Of a stretch of 64,000 nt of DNA, positions 35,228 to 43,193 are shown in pieces. Position 1 is the first letter of the stretch. Every line of letters starts with the position of its first letter. The notes beneath the pieces were generated by a model. It was not told the origin of the DNA, made no database searches, and saw only the letters and a list, made by a program, of their open reading frames with translations. The stretch is from positions 9,316 through 73,315 of the forward strand of contig CAZICY010000004.1 of the NCBI GenBank assembly GCA_964537955.1. Direction: 5' to 3'. Made by a program: the position numbers and the translations under genes. The DNA is from an uncultured Actinomyces sp. GTDB lineage: Bacteria; Actinomycetota; Actinomycetes; S36-B12.

Positions 35228-35698
35228 CTAGTGGCGACGTTCCCAGGCTCCGGGCGACTCGAGCAGTCCGTTGATCGGGGTGGGGAGGTCGCCTGATGCG
35301 AGGTCCTCGAGAGATACGTGTTCGAGGACCTCGCGTATGGCAGCGCGCGTGGCGATCCATACCTCGCGAAGGTGCACGGAGTTGCCTGAGTAGTGCACTT
35401 CCTCCGGGGGTCCCCCGCGGACCGCGGCAAGCGGTCCGTCCAGCGCCCGGATCACGTCCGCGACGCTCACCTGGCTCGGCGGCTGGGCCAGGCGGAACCC
35501 GCCATCCGCTCCGCGCTGGCTGGCGACGATGCCGGCCTGCTTGAGTCCTCGCAGGATGTTCTCGAGGAATTTCGAGGGGATCTCCTGCTCGCGGGCGATC
35601 GTCTCGGACTTCACCAGCCGGTGTGGATCGTCGTCGTAGGCGGCGGTGAGTTCCATGAGTGCCTTCATGGCGTACTCCACTCGCGCCGAGATGTGCAT
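35228..35698 (-). CDS. Rrf2-family transcriptional regulator (CymR/IscR-like)
   Basis: MHISARVEYAMKALMELT…ETIAREQEIPSKFLENILRGLKQAGIVASQRGADGGFRLA is the Rrf2 wHTH. The alternative GTG start at 35767 would overlap the upstream stop. Confidence 0.8.
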   Translation of the reverse strand: MHISARVEYAMKALMELTAAYDDDPHRLVKSETIAREQEIPSKFLENILRGLKQAGIVASQRGADGGFRLAQPPSQVSVADVIRALDGPLAAVRGGPPEEVHYSGNSVHLREVWIATRAAIREVLEHVSLEDLASGDLPTPINGLLESPGAWERRH

Positions 35699-35763
35699 GG
35701 TGCCATTGAACCGCTGATGGATTCCCCGGTGCGAGGGGATCCGGCGATTCGGGTCGACGGGGG

Positions 35764-36609
35764 TCACGAGGAGGTGACCTCCAGGCCCCTTCGGCGACGC
35801 AGGGATCGGGCAAGCGAGGAGAAGAGCCCGTCGACGACCATGCCCAGGATGAGGATGACCAGCATCGTTGCGAGGAGAGTTGCCGACTGCGAGAACTGCC
35901 GGGCGAACTCGAGCTGGGCGCCGAGGGACGGCCGCTCGGCAATGATCACGAGGAGCTCACCGGCCATGAGGCTGCGCCACGCGAAGGCCCAGCCCTGGGT
36001 GAGCCCGGACACATAGGTGGGGAGCGCAGCGGGCAGCACGACGTCGCGGTAGAGGGACACGGGTCCGGCACCGAGCACCCGGCCCAGCCGGGTGAACGCG
36101 GGCGGCACGTTGTCGATGCCCGTGATGACGCCATTGGCGATGCTCGGAGCCGCGCCGAGAATGACGACGAAGAGGATCGCTTGCTCATTGAGTCCGAAGA
36201 CCAAAATCGCGAAGGGAAACCACGCGATCGACGGCATGGTCTGCAGGCCCGTGATGAGGCTGCCGACGGCGAGGCGCAGCGGCGTGATGCGTGCGACGAG
36301 GATCCCGATGATGGTGCCGATCACGAGCGCGAGGGAAAATCCCGTGATGGCACGGATGACCGTCGTGCCCATCGCCGACCAGAACCGCTCGGTCTGGATC
36401 ATCTCCCCGAGCTGGGCGAGCGTGGTCGCGGGCGAGGGGAAGACGTACTCGGGTCGCCAGCCGCTCCAGTAGACGATCTGCCACACGGCGAGCACGAGCA
36501 CGACGGCGAGCGCCTTGGGCCAGATCCATGCCCACACGCGTGCACCCGTGCCGGCACCGGGGCGCAGCTTGGGTGCCTGCTCCACGTTGGGGGTGAGGAC
36601 GGTGCTCAC
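35764..36609 (-). CDS. ABC transporter permease, SsuC/TauC-like (second copy)
   Basis: 281 aa, 6 TM helices, with a BPD-transporter loop. It overlaps the ATPase gene by 4 nt. Confidence 0.8.
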   Translation of the reverse strand: MSTVLTPNVEQAPKLRPGAGTGARVWAWIWPKALAVVLVLAVWQIVYWSGWRPEYVFPSPATTLAQLGEMIQTERFWSAMGTTVIRAITGFSLALVIGTIIGILVARITPLRLAVGSLITGLQTMPSIAWFPFAILVFGLNEQAILFVVILGAAPSIANGVITGIDNVPPAFTRLGRVLGAGPVSLYRDVVLPAALPTYVSGLTQGWAFAWRSLMAGELLVIIAERPSLGAQLEFARQFSQSATLLATMLVILILGMVVDGLFSSLARSLRRRRGLEVTSS

Positions 36610-37391
36610 GAGTCGGCTCCTTCGAGATGGCTTCGGCCTGCCTTGAGGCGCACCGTGAGGTCAGCGGCCCGCTCGGCGACCCCGGTGGAGTCCATGAGCC
36701 GGGGATGGGGGAGGTCGATCTGCGTCTCGTAGACGATGCGGCCGGGTCGCGAGCCCATGAGGATGACACGATCCCCGAGTCGCACCGCCTCGCGCATGTT
36801 GTGGGTGACGAAGACGACCGTGAGGCCCTGTTCCTGGACGACCGCTTCGATCTCGTCGTGGAGGTGATCGCGTGTCATCGCGTCGAGGGCTCCAAGTGGC
36901 TCGTCCATGAGGACGATGGACGTGTCCTGCGCGAGGCAGCGTGCGAGTGCCACGCGCTGCTTCATACCGCCGGAGAGCTCGTGTGGGCGCTTGTCCTCCC
37001 AGCCCTCGAGTCGCACCACACGCAGGAGCTCGCGAGCACGCTCGCGCCGCTCGGCTCGTGGCACTCCGTGGAGCTTGAGTGCCAGTTCGACATTCCGCTG
37101 AGCCGTGAGCCAGGGCAGGAGGGTCGCTTCCTGGAACATCAGTGCCGGCTTGTCGGCCGTCCAGATGGTGCCGGAGGTCGGTGCGTCGAGCCCGGCGAAG
37201 AGGTTGAGCAGGGTGGACTTGCCGCATCCGGATGCGCCTACGACCGTGACGAACTCCCCGGCCTTGATGTCGAGATCGACGCCGTCCAGCGCGACGGTCG
37301 CGTCCGCACCGCTGCCGAAGACCTTGCTGACGTCAGCGGCGCGGAGCGCGATTCCGTGCGTGGTGGGGGCGTCGACAGCCGCCGCGCTCAT
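36606..37391 (-). CDS. ABC transporter ATP-binding protein, NitT/TauT family (second copy)
   Basis: Walker A GASGCGKST, signature LSGGMKQRVALARCL, Walker B VLMDEPLGALD. Confidence 0.85.
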   Translation of the reverse strand: MSAAAVDAPTTHGIALRAADVSKVFGSGADATVALDGVDLDIKAGEFVTVVGASGCGKSTLLNLFAGLDAPTSGTIWTADKPALMFQEATLLPWLTAQRNVELALKLHGVPRAERRERARELLRVVRLEGWEDKRPHELSGGMKQRVALARCLAQDTSIVLMDEPLGALDAMTRDHLHDEIEAVVQEQGLTVVFVTHNMREAVRLGDRVILMGSRPGRIVYETQIDLPHPRLMDSTGVAERAADLTVRLKAGRSHLEGADS

Positions 37392-38473
37392 GCCTGCACG
37401 GCCGGCAGGCCGAGAGCCTTGAGCACCTCGTTGAGGATGGCCAGGTCGTAGAGATTGCCGGGGAGCCCACCGGCCGCCTCGAGGCCAGCCTGGTCGAGCA
37501 GGCCCACGGCGACGGCGTCCTCCGCGGACTTCACGAGGGTGCCCGTGAGGGGATCGATCGTGAAGGTCAGCTGGTCCCAGGCGCGGTCGAGGATCTCAGG
37601 CTTGGGAGAGCTGCCGGTGAGCGCGGCGAGTGCGAGAGAGAAGGACTCCTTTGCAGCGGCAGGGTCGGCCTCGATCGACTCGATGGCAGCCAGGTGCCCC
37701 TTGAGCAGCGCGGACACGGCCTCGGGGTGCTCGGCGATGAAGGCCGTGCGGCAGATGATGTGGGTGGTGACGAACTTGCCCTCGGGCCAGAGCGTCGCCT
37801 CATCGACGAGGATCTCCGCCCCTTGGGCGACGTACTCCGAGACCCACGGCTCCGGGACCCAGGCGCCGTCGATGTCGCCGGACGCGTAAGCGGCGAGGCC
37901 CTCGGCATTGGACTGCGGCTTGATGGAGACGTCACCGCCACCCTCGGGGGTCGTCTCGACACCCTTCTCCTTGAGCCAGTAGCGGAACGCCACGTCCTGG
38001 GTGTTGCCCAACTGCGGAGTGGCGAAGGACTTGCCCTTCATGGTCTCCACGTCGGTGATCCCGGGTCGCACGACGAGCGCTGCGCCGCCGGATGTCACAC
38101 CACTGACGACCCGGATCGCCTCGCCACCGGACTGGACGTAGGCGTTCACGGCGGGGTTGGGGCCGATGTAGGAGCAGTCGAGCGAGTCGGCGAAGAGCGC
38201 GGTCACCGCGTCGGGCCCGGCGTTGAAGACGGTCGGGGTGACGGTGAGGTCGACCTCCTTGAGCGCGTCCTTGAACAGGCCCTGCTGAGTGCCCACGAGG
38301 GCGGGGGCGTGGGTGAGGTTGGGGAAGTAGCCCAGGCGCAAGGTGGTGATGTCGGCGGGAGCGGCGCTCCCCGAGGCGGAGCCGGCGTCGTCGGCGGAGC
38401 CGGACGAGCAGGCGGCCAGGGCCAGGGTGGCGGCGGTGACGCCGAAGACGACGAGGGGACGCAGGTGGCGCAT
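37388..38473 (-). CDS. ABC transporter substrate-binding lipoprotein, NMT1/SsuA-like (second copy)
   Basis: Signal MRHLRPLVVFGVTAATLALAAC (lipobox). LRLGYFPNLTHAPALVG is typical of NMT1/SsuA binding proteins. Confidence 0.75.
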   Translation of the reverse strand: MRHLRPLVVFGVTAATLALAACSSGSADDAGSASGSAAPADITTLRLGYFPNLTHAPALVGTQQGLFKDALKEVDLTVTPTVFNAGPDAVTALFADSLDCSYIGPNPAVNAYVQSGGEAIRVVSGVTSGGAALVVRPGITDVETMKGKSFATPQLGNTQDVAFRYWLKEKGVETTPEGGGDVSIKPQSNAEGLAAYASGDIDGAWVPEPWVSEYVAQGAEILVDEATLWPEGKFVTTHIICRTAFIAEHPEAVSALLKGHLAAIESIEADPAAAKESFSLALAALTGSSPKPEILDRAWDQLTFTIDPLTGTLVKSAEDAVAVGLLDQAGLEAAGGLPGNLYDLAILNEVLKALGLPAVQA

Positions 38474-38510
38474 GAGGTGCCTTCCGTAGGGAGCAGGGCT
38501 TTCCCTACAA

Positions 38511-38541
38511 TGTCTATCAAGACACTAGGAATACCTGTCAA
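38511..38541 (-). promoter_or_regulatory. Candidate promoter (-35 TTGACA) overlapping palindrome TGTCT-N4-AGACA
   Basis: The minus strand reads TTGACAggtattcctagTGTCTtgatAGACAttg in the only AT-rich patch upstream of the SBP gene. It could be an operator for the co-encoded Rrf2 protein. Confidence 0.35.
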
Positions 38542-38630
38542 ATCCGTCCGATCGGCGTGTCGCGGAGGGTCACCGCGTGCCCATGAGAGACACAGATGGC
38601 CCACGGAAGCCGCTACATCGTTCGCCCTCG

Positions 38631-38679
38631 GACGCTGAACGCCGGTACTTGGCTAGCCCACTGACGCTGAACGCTGGTA
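38631..38679. repeat. Two 17-nt direct repeats gacgctgaacgc(c/t)ggta, 32 nt apart (start to start)
   Basis: 38631-38647 and 38663-38679 match at 16/17 positions. They lie in the non-coding stretch between the ABC operon and tRNA-Phe. Confidence 0.8.
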
Positions 38680-38754
38680 GCGCGGATCTCATCGAGCCCA
38701 GCCCCACGGCGAGAAATGGCCGGAAACACGGGGGACTTGGGGATTCCTGGAGGG

Positions 38755-38828
38755 TGGCCAGGGGCGGGGTCGAACCGCCGACCTTCCGATTTTCAGTCGG
38801 ACGCTCGTACCAACTGAGCTACCTGGCC
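38755..38828 (-). tRNA. tRNA-Phe (GAA)
   Basis: Reverse complement: GGCCAGGTAGCTCAGTTGGTACGAGCGTCCGACTGAAAATCGGAAGGTCGGCGGTTCGACCCCGCCCCTGGCCA. Cloverleaf arms pair, and the anticodon loop CTGAAAA gives GAA. Confidence 0.95.
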
Positions 38829-38867
38829 GTGCGGGCCGCAAGGCGGCCCTGGCCGCTTGTGGCGGCC

Positions 38868-38944
38868 TGGCGACCCCGACGGGACTCGAACCCGCGACCT
38901 CCGCCGTGACAGGGCGGCGCGCTAACCAACTGCGCTACGGGGCC
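38868..38944 (-). tRNA. tRNA-Asp (GTC), CCA encoded
   Basis: Reverse complement: GGCCCCGTAGCGCAGTTGGTTAGCGCGCCGCCCTGTCACGGCGGAGGTCGCGGGTTCGAGTCCCGTCGGGGTCGCCA. The anticodon loop is CTGTCAC. Confidence 0.95.
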
Positions 38945-38962
38945 TCGGTGGTGCTGAGACCG

Positions 38963-39035
38963 TGTCCCCAACGGGATTCGAACCCGCGCTGCCGCCTTGA
39001 AAGGGCGGAGTCCTAGGCCGCTAGACGATGGGGAC
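38963..39035 (-). tRNA. tRNA-Glu (TTC)
   Basis: Reverse complement: GTCCCCATCGTCTAGCGGCCTAGGACTCCGCCCTTTCAAGGCGGCAGCGCGGGTTCGAATCCCGTTGGGGACA. The anticodon loop is CTTTCAA. Confidence 0.95.
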
Positions 39036-39428
39036 CATCGCCGCCGAACCGACGTCGGAGACTGGGAAAGCATAGGGGAGCCGGGGGGCCGGTTTCCACG
39101 GGGGTGGTGGGCTGGCCCGTGCGCGCAGAAGGGGCCATCCCATGACGGGATGACCCCTCCTCACGCGTTGCTGGGCCGGGCTCGATGCCGACCCCTACAT
39201 GTCGCCCGGGTGTGCCGCCTTCCACGCACAGGGGCCTGGTCGATGCACCTCCTGAAGGAGGGCCTCGGTGATGGGAGTGATCATGAATCCTCCTCTCACG
39301 TGCGCGGGGAACCCGCTCCTTCAGTGTGCGCTCGTGGAAGCGGACGAGTCAAGGATCGCCGACGACGAATTTGAGGAATGCCGTCGGTCAGCCGTGGACT
39401 CCTCCCGCGTGACCGGTCACCATGAGGC

Positions 39429-41393
39429 GTGCGCACCTACGGCCGCGTGGCCGCGACCCTCGCCGCCGTGCTGGCCCTTGTGGTCATGGGCGCTGCGGCG
39501 CCCGCAGGCACCGCGTCTGAGGAGTCAGCGCAACAGAGATCGTCCCTGCGCGTGGGCAGCGTCGACCTACGCCCGTGCGACGTGATGCGCGATGCCTACT
39601 GCGGTCGCATCGCGCGCGCGTGGGATCCGTCAGGGCGCGTGCCCGGCACTCTCACGGTCGGCTTCGCATGGATCCCCGCATCATCGGGCCGATCGATCGG
39701 CACGCTCGTCCCCCACGAGGGCGGCCCGGGCTACAGCACGACAGGCTCGGGCGAGTGGTTCGCCGAGATGTACGGCGATCTGATGACCGATCACGACATG
39801 CTCCTCGTGGACGCCCGCGGCATGGGGCGCACGGCGGTCATCGCCTGCGCCGCGCTCGACCAGGGCACGATGCCCTTTGTCCGCGCCGTCGGTGCGTGCG
39901 CGCGCTCGCTCGGTGACCGCGCGTACTCCTATGGCACCGAGGCATCCGCCGACGACCTGGCTGCCGTGCTCGACGCCCTCGAGATCGACAGGGTCGACAT
40001 GTACGGCGACTCCTACGGGACGTTCTTCGGCCAGGTCTTTGCCGGACGCCACCCCGATCGCCTGCGCACCCTCATCCTCGACGGTGCCTACCCGACCTAT
40101 GGCGAGTCCGCGTGGTACCCGACTCAGGGGCCGGCCCTGAGACGAGCACTCACCGCCCTCTGTGCGCGCAGTGCGCTCTGCGCGGCCGAACCCGGCATGC
40201 CGGTGCCGCTGCTGGAGCAGCTGCTCGAGCGCCTTCGCGCGAAGCCGATGCAGGTGCGCGCCCCCGGCGGCGACGGTCGCTGGCACCGGGTGATGCTTGA
40301 TCCGGAGGCTGTGGCCGCGGTCGCCTACAACGCCACCTATGTCTCCCCGACGTATCGTGAGTTCACCGCGGCGGTGCGCGCCGCACTCGAGGGGGACGCA
40401 CGACCGCTGGGCCGCCTCTTCGCTGAGTACTGGTGGACCGGCGACACGTCCAGCAACCCGCGCGAGTACAGCACCGGCGCGGAGGCCGCGGTCTCCTGCC
40501 ACGACTACCCGCAGCTCTTCGACCTGCGCCGATCCCGCGAGGCCCGGCAGCGGCAGTATCACGATGCGTTCGCGCGCAAGCAGGCTTCTCAGCCCGACCT
40601 CTACGGCCCCTTCACCATCCGCGAGTACAAGCGCTCGGGCTGGACCTCCTTCGGCATGTGCCTGGAGTGGCCCAAGCCTCCGGTCGGCGCGGATTTCGGG
40701 CCGCCCCGTCCGCCGGATGGTGGGTATCCGGCCGTGCCCACCCTCGTCCTCTCCGGCGAACTCGACACGATCACGACGGCGGCCGAGGGAGACATGGTCG
40801 CGGCCCGATTCCCGCGGTCCCGTCACATCGTGGTCGCCAACGGCCTGCACGTCGTCGGTGGTGCCGGGCCTGACACGTGCGGACCGCGGCTCGTGCGCCA
40901 CGTGGTGCGCACCGGTGGGCTCGACATCCCGAACTCTCTGGCCCAGTGTGCGGACACTGCTCCCATCATTCGTGCGGTCGGTACCTACCCGCGTGAGCTC
41001 GCCGCCGTCGAGTTCCCGGCCGGCGTCACGGACGACACCGTCGCGCGCCTGGCGGTGACGGCCGCTAACACTGCCGCGGACCTCATCGACCGGTGGTGGC
41101 AGGGCTACTCCGACACCGGCTACGGCCTGCGCGGGGGCGAGTGGCGTTACACGGGAGAGCGGCGCGTGCGCTTCGTGCTCGAGGGCGTGCGGCTCGTGCG
41201 CGATCTGCCGGTGAGCGGCACCTTCACGTGGGATCGCACGAGCGGAGCGGTATCGGTCGACCTGAGACTTCCCATCAGCAGTGGTGTCCGCGCGGTGACG
41301 GGATCGTGGAACGCCGACGCCATGGGTGCCCTGGCCACGCTCACGGTCACGGGTGCACTGGGACCGGCGACGATCGTCGTGCCGGCGCCCTAG
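39429..41393 (+). CDS. Secreted alpha/beta hydrolase, tripeptidyl-aminopeptidase (Tap)-like, second copy
   Basis: GTG start. Signal MRTYGRVAATLAAVLALVVMGAAAPAGTASE, HEGGPGYS oxyanion region, nucleophile elbow MYGDSYGT, and a long C-terminal extension. Confidence 0.7.
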   Translation: MRTYGRVAATLAAVLALVVMGAAAPAGTASEESAQQRSSLRVGSVDLRPCDVMRDAYCGRIARAWDPSGRVPGTLTVGFAWIPASSGRSIGTLVPHEGGPGYSTTGSGEWFAEMYGDLMTDHDMLLVDARGMGRTAVIACAALDQGTMPFVRAVGACARSLGDRAYSYGTEASADDLAAVLDALEIDRVDMYGDSYGTFFGQVFAGRHPDRLRTLILDGAYPTYGESAWYPTQGPALRRALTALCARSALCAAEPGMPVPLLEQLLERLRAKPMQVRAPGGDGRWHRVMLDPEAVAAVAYNATYVSPTYREFTAAVRAALEGDARPLGRLFAEYWWTGDTSSNPREYSTGAEAAVSCHDYPQLFDLRRSREARQRQYHDAFARKQASQPDLYGPFTIREYKRSGWTSFGMCLEWPKPPVGADFGPPRPPDGGYPAVPTLVLSGELDTITTAAEGDMVAARFPRSRHIVVANGLHVVGGAGPDTCGPRLVRHVVRTGGLDIPNSLAQCADTAPIIRAVGTYPRELAAVEFPAGVTDDTVARLAVTAANTAADLIDRWWQGYSDTGYGLRGGEWRYTGERRVRFVLEGVRLVRDLPVSGTFTWDRTSGAVSVDLRLPISSGVRAVTGSWNADAMGALATLTVTGALGPATIVVPAP

Positions 41394-41445
41394 GCGGGGC
41401 AGCACCGTGCCTTCCGCGAGCGTCTCCCTGTGGCAGGGTGCCGCT

Positions 41446-42813
41446 ATGGATCGTCGGCACTTCCTCGGTGCATCGGGACTCGCCGCCGCCGCATTCCTCG
41501 CCGGGCCCGGGGACGCGCTCGCGCTCGGTCGCCGACGCGTGCCCGAGCCAGTGTCCGCTCTCGTCACGCGCTGGGACACGGATCCGTGGTCGCGCGGGTC
41601 CTACTCCGCCCTTCCCGCCGGCACGTCACCCTCGGTGCGCCGCACCCTCGCCGACGCGATCCTCGGGGGGCGTATCGCGCTGGCCGGCGAGTATGCGAGC
41701 AAGGCCTACCCGGCGACGACGACCGGCGCCTACCTTTCCGGGCGGCACGCAGCCGGGCGCCTGCTCGATCGCGTCAACGCACGGACGGCGATCGTCGTCG
41801 GCGCGGGCCTGGCAGGCGCGGCGGCGGCCCATGACCTTCGCGCGGCCGGCGTCGAGGTCACGGTCGTCGAGGCGCGCGATCGCGTCGGAGGACGCATCTG
41901 GAGCAATGAGCAATGGGGCGTGCCGGTCGAGCTGGGCGCCGCGTGGATCCACGGCACGCGCGGCAACCCGATCGTGCCGCTCGCCCGCGCCGCGGGACTC
42001 GGGCTCGTGCCCACGGACTACGACGACGCCGTCGCGCGCGACACGCTCACCGGCCTGCCATCTGCGAAGGCAGAGGCGCGATGGACGCGCCTGGATGGCC
42101 TGCTCGAGCAGCTGGGCGAGGCATGGCCGCCGAGATCGCTCAGCGTTGCGGACTGGCTCGCACGCCAGGACTGGACGACCGGTCGCATCGATGCGTGGGC
42201 CACGCAGGTCGAAGTCACGCAGGAGTACGGGCTCGACCCGGGCCGACTCGGCGTCCGCGCCACGGAGGAAGGTGCGGCGTACCGCGGCGGCGACGTCCTC
42301 GTCGCGGACGGCTACGTGACGATCGTCGACGACCTGCTCGAGGGCATCGACGTGCGACGCGGCGTGGCGGCCAGGTCCGCTGCCGTGAGTGGAAGGCGCG
42401 TGGACGTCGCACTCGCCTCGGGCGAGCGTCTCTCCGCGGACATCGCGGTGATCGCCGTGCCGCTCGCACTCGTGCGCGCCGGCCTGCCGAAGCTGCCCGA
42501 CATGGGCCGCGGCGTGCGCACCGCCCTGCGCGGGCTCGTCACGGGAGTCTTCGAGAAGGTCGTGCTCCGCTACGACGAGCAGTGGTGGGGTGACCACCGC
42601 GTCTACGGGATCGTGGGCGGCGGCGCCCCGGGCGCTCCCGCAGGGTCCGCGGCCGCCCTGCGCTGGACCGAGTTCTACTCGCTCTCCGACGTGCTCGGCT
42701 TCCCCGCCCTCGCGGGTTTCAGTGGCGGATCGAGCGCTCGGTCACGGCCTGCCTCGGATGCCGGCTGTGCGACGGAAGCACAGCGCGCCCTCACCGCGGC
42801 CTTCGCCGGCTGA
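41446..42813 (+). CDS. Tat-signal flavin amine oxidase with apparently circularly permuted domain order
   Basis: ATG 41446 gives MDRRHFLGASGLAAAAFLAGPG (twin-Arg motif). Next comes RWDTDPWSRGSYS…GRIALAGEYAS…TTGAYLSGRHAAGRLL, normally the C-terminal segment. Then TAIVVGAGLAGAAAAHDLRAAGVEVTVVEARDRVGGRIWS, normally the N-terminal Rossmann motif. The protein ends just where the first segment would normally begin. Confidence 0.7.
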   Translation: MDRRHFLGASGLAAAAFLAGPGDALALGRRRVPEPVSALVTRWDTDPWSRGSYSALPAGTSPSVRRTLADAILGGRIALAGEYASKAYPATTTGAYLSGRHAAGRLLDRVNARTAIVVGAGLAGAAAAHDLRAAGVEVTVVEARDRVGGRIWSNEQWGVPVELGAAWIHGTRGNPIVPLARAAGLGLVPTDYDDAVARDTLTGLPSAKAEARWTRLDGLLEQLGEAWPPRSLSVADWLARQDWTTGRIDAWATQVEVTQEYGLDPGRLGVRATEEGAAYRGGDVLVADGYVTIVDDLLEGIDVRRGVAARSAAVSGRRVDVALASGERLSADIAVIAVPLALVRAGLPKLPDMGRGVRTALRGLVTGVFEKVVLRYDEQWWGDHRVYGIVGGGAPGAPAGSAAALRWTEFYSLSDVLGFPALAGFSGGSSARSRPASDAGCATEAQRALTAAFAG

Positions 42814-42836
42814 CGCCCTGCCGCCACAATGGTCAC

Positions 42837-43187
42837 GTGATCGAGGTCTCGCCCGCCGAGTTCGAGGAGCTCGTGGCCGAGGCCCTCGAGGCGGTGCCCG
42901 TCGAGCTCGCGCGCCTCATCGACAATGTCGTCTTCGTCATCGAGGCTGACGGGCCACCCGACGACCCCGACCTGCTCGGGCTCTACGAGGGCATCGCCCT
43001 CACGGAGCGGGATGCGACGTACGCCGGAGCCCTCCCCGATCGCATCACGATCTACCGCAACCCGACGCTGCGGATCTGCGACACCTATGAGGACGTCGTC
43101 GAAGAGGTCACCATCACCGTCGTGCACGAGATCGCCCACCACTTCGGCATCGATGACGAGCGCTTGCACGAGCTCGGCTACGACTGA
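42837..43187 (+). CDS. Zincin-like metallopeptidase family protein (DUF1025/Zincin_1)
   Basis: 116 aa, GTG start. It has the VVHEIAHHFG HExxH motif near the C-terminus, as is typical for this small family. Confidence 0.7.
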   Translation: MIEVSPAEFEELVAEALEAVPVELARLIDNVVFVIEADGPPDDPDLLGLYEGIALTERDATYAGALPDRITIYRNPTLRICDTYEDVVEEVTITVVHEIAHHFGIDDERLHELGYD

Positions 43188-43193
43188 GCGGCA

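Larger units (their letters stand above)
35119..38790. mobile_element. Putative integrase-less genomic islet bounded by tRNA-Phe 3'-end direct repeats
   Basis: A 38-bp perfect direct repeat at both ends. The cargo is an Rrf2 regulator plus a NitT/TauT ABC transporter. No recombinase ORF was seen in any frame. Confidence 0.4.

Noticed and set aside
35157-38752. Integrase, excisionase or phage genes inside the tRNA-Phe-bounded segment
   Set aside because: I read all six frames of the track for this interval. Every substantial ORF other than the Rrf2 and ABC genes is an antisense or out-of-frame shadow, and no R..H..R..Y or serine-recombinase motifs were seen.
38577-38909. 110-aa plus-strand ORF
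   Set aside because: It runs straight through tRNA-Phe and tRNA-Asp on the opposite strand, so it is not credible as coding.
39190-39279. Short minus-strand ORF (MITPITEALLQEVHRPGPCAWKAAHPGDM) upstream of tRNA-Glu
   Set aside because: It is only 29 codons with no recognisable family and no clear RBS, so it cannot be supported from sequence alone.
39681-41579. 632-aa minus-strand ORF
   Set aside because: It is antisense to the Tap-like hydrolase, which has a signal peptide and a GxSxG elbow. No motifs were seen; it is a shadow ORF.
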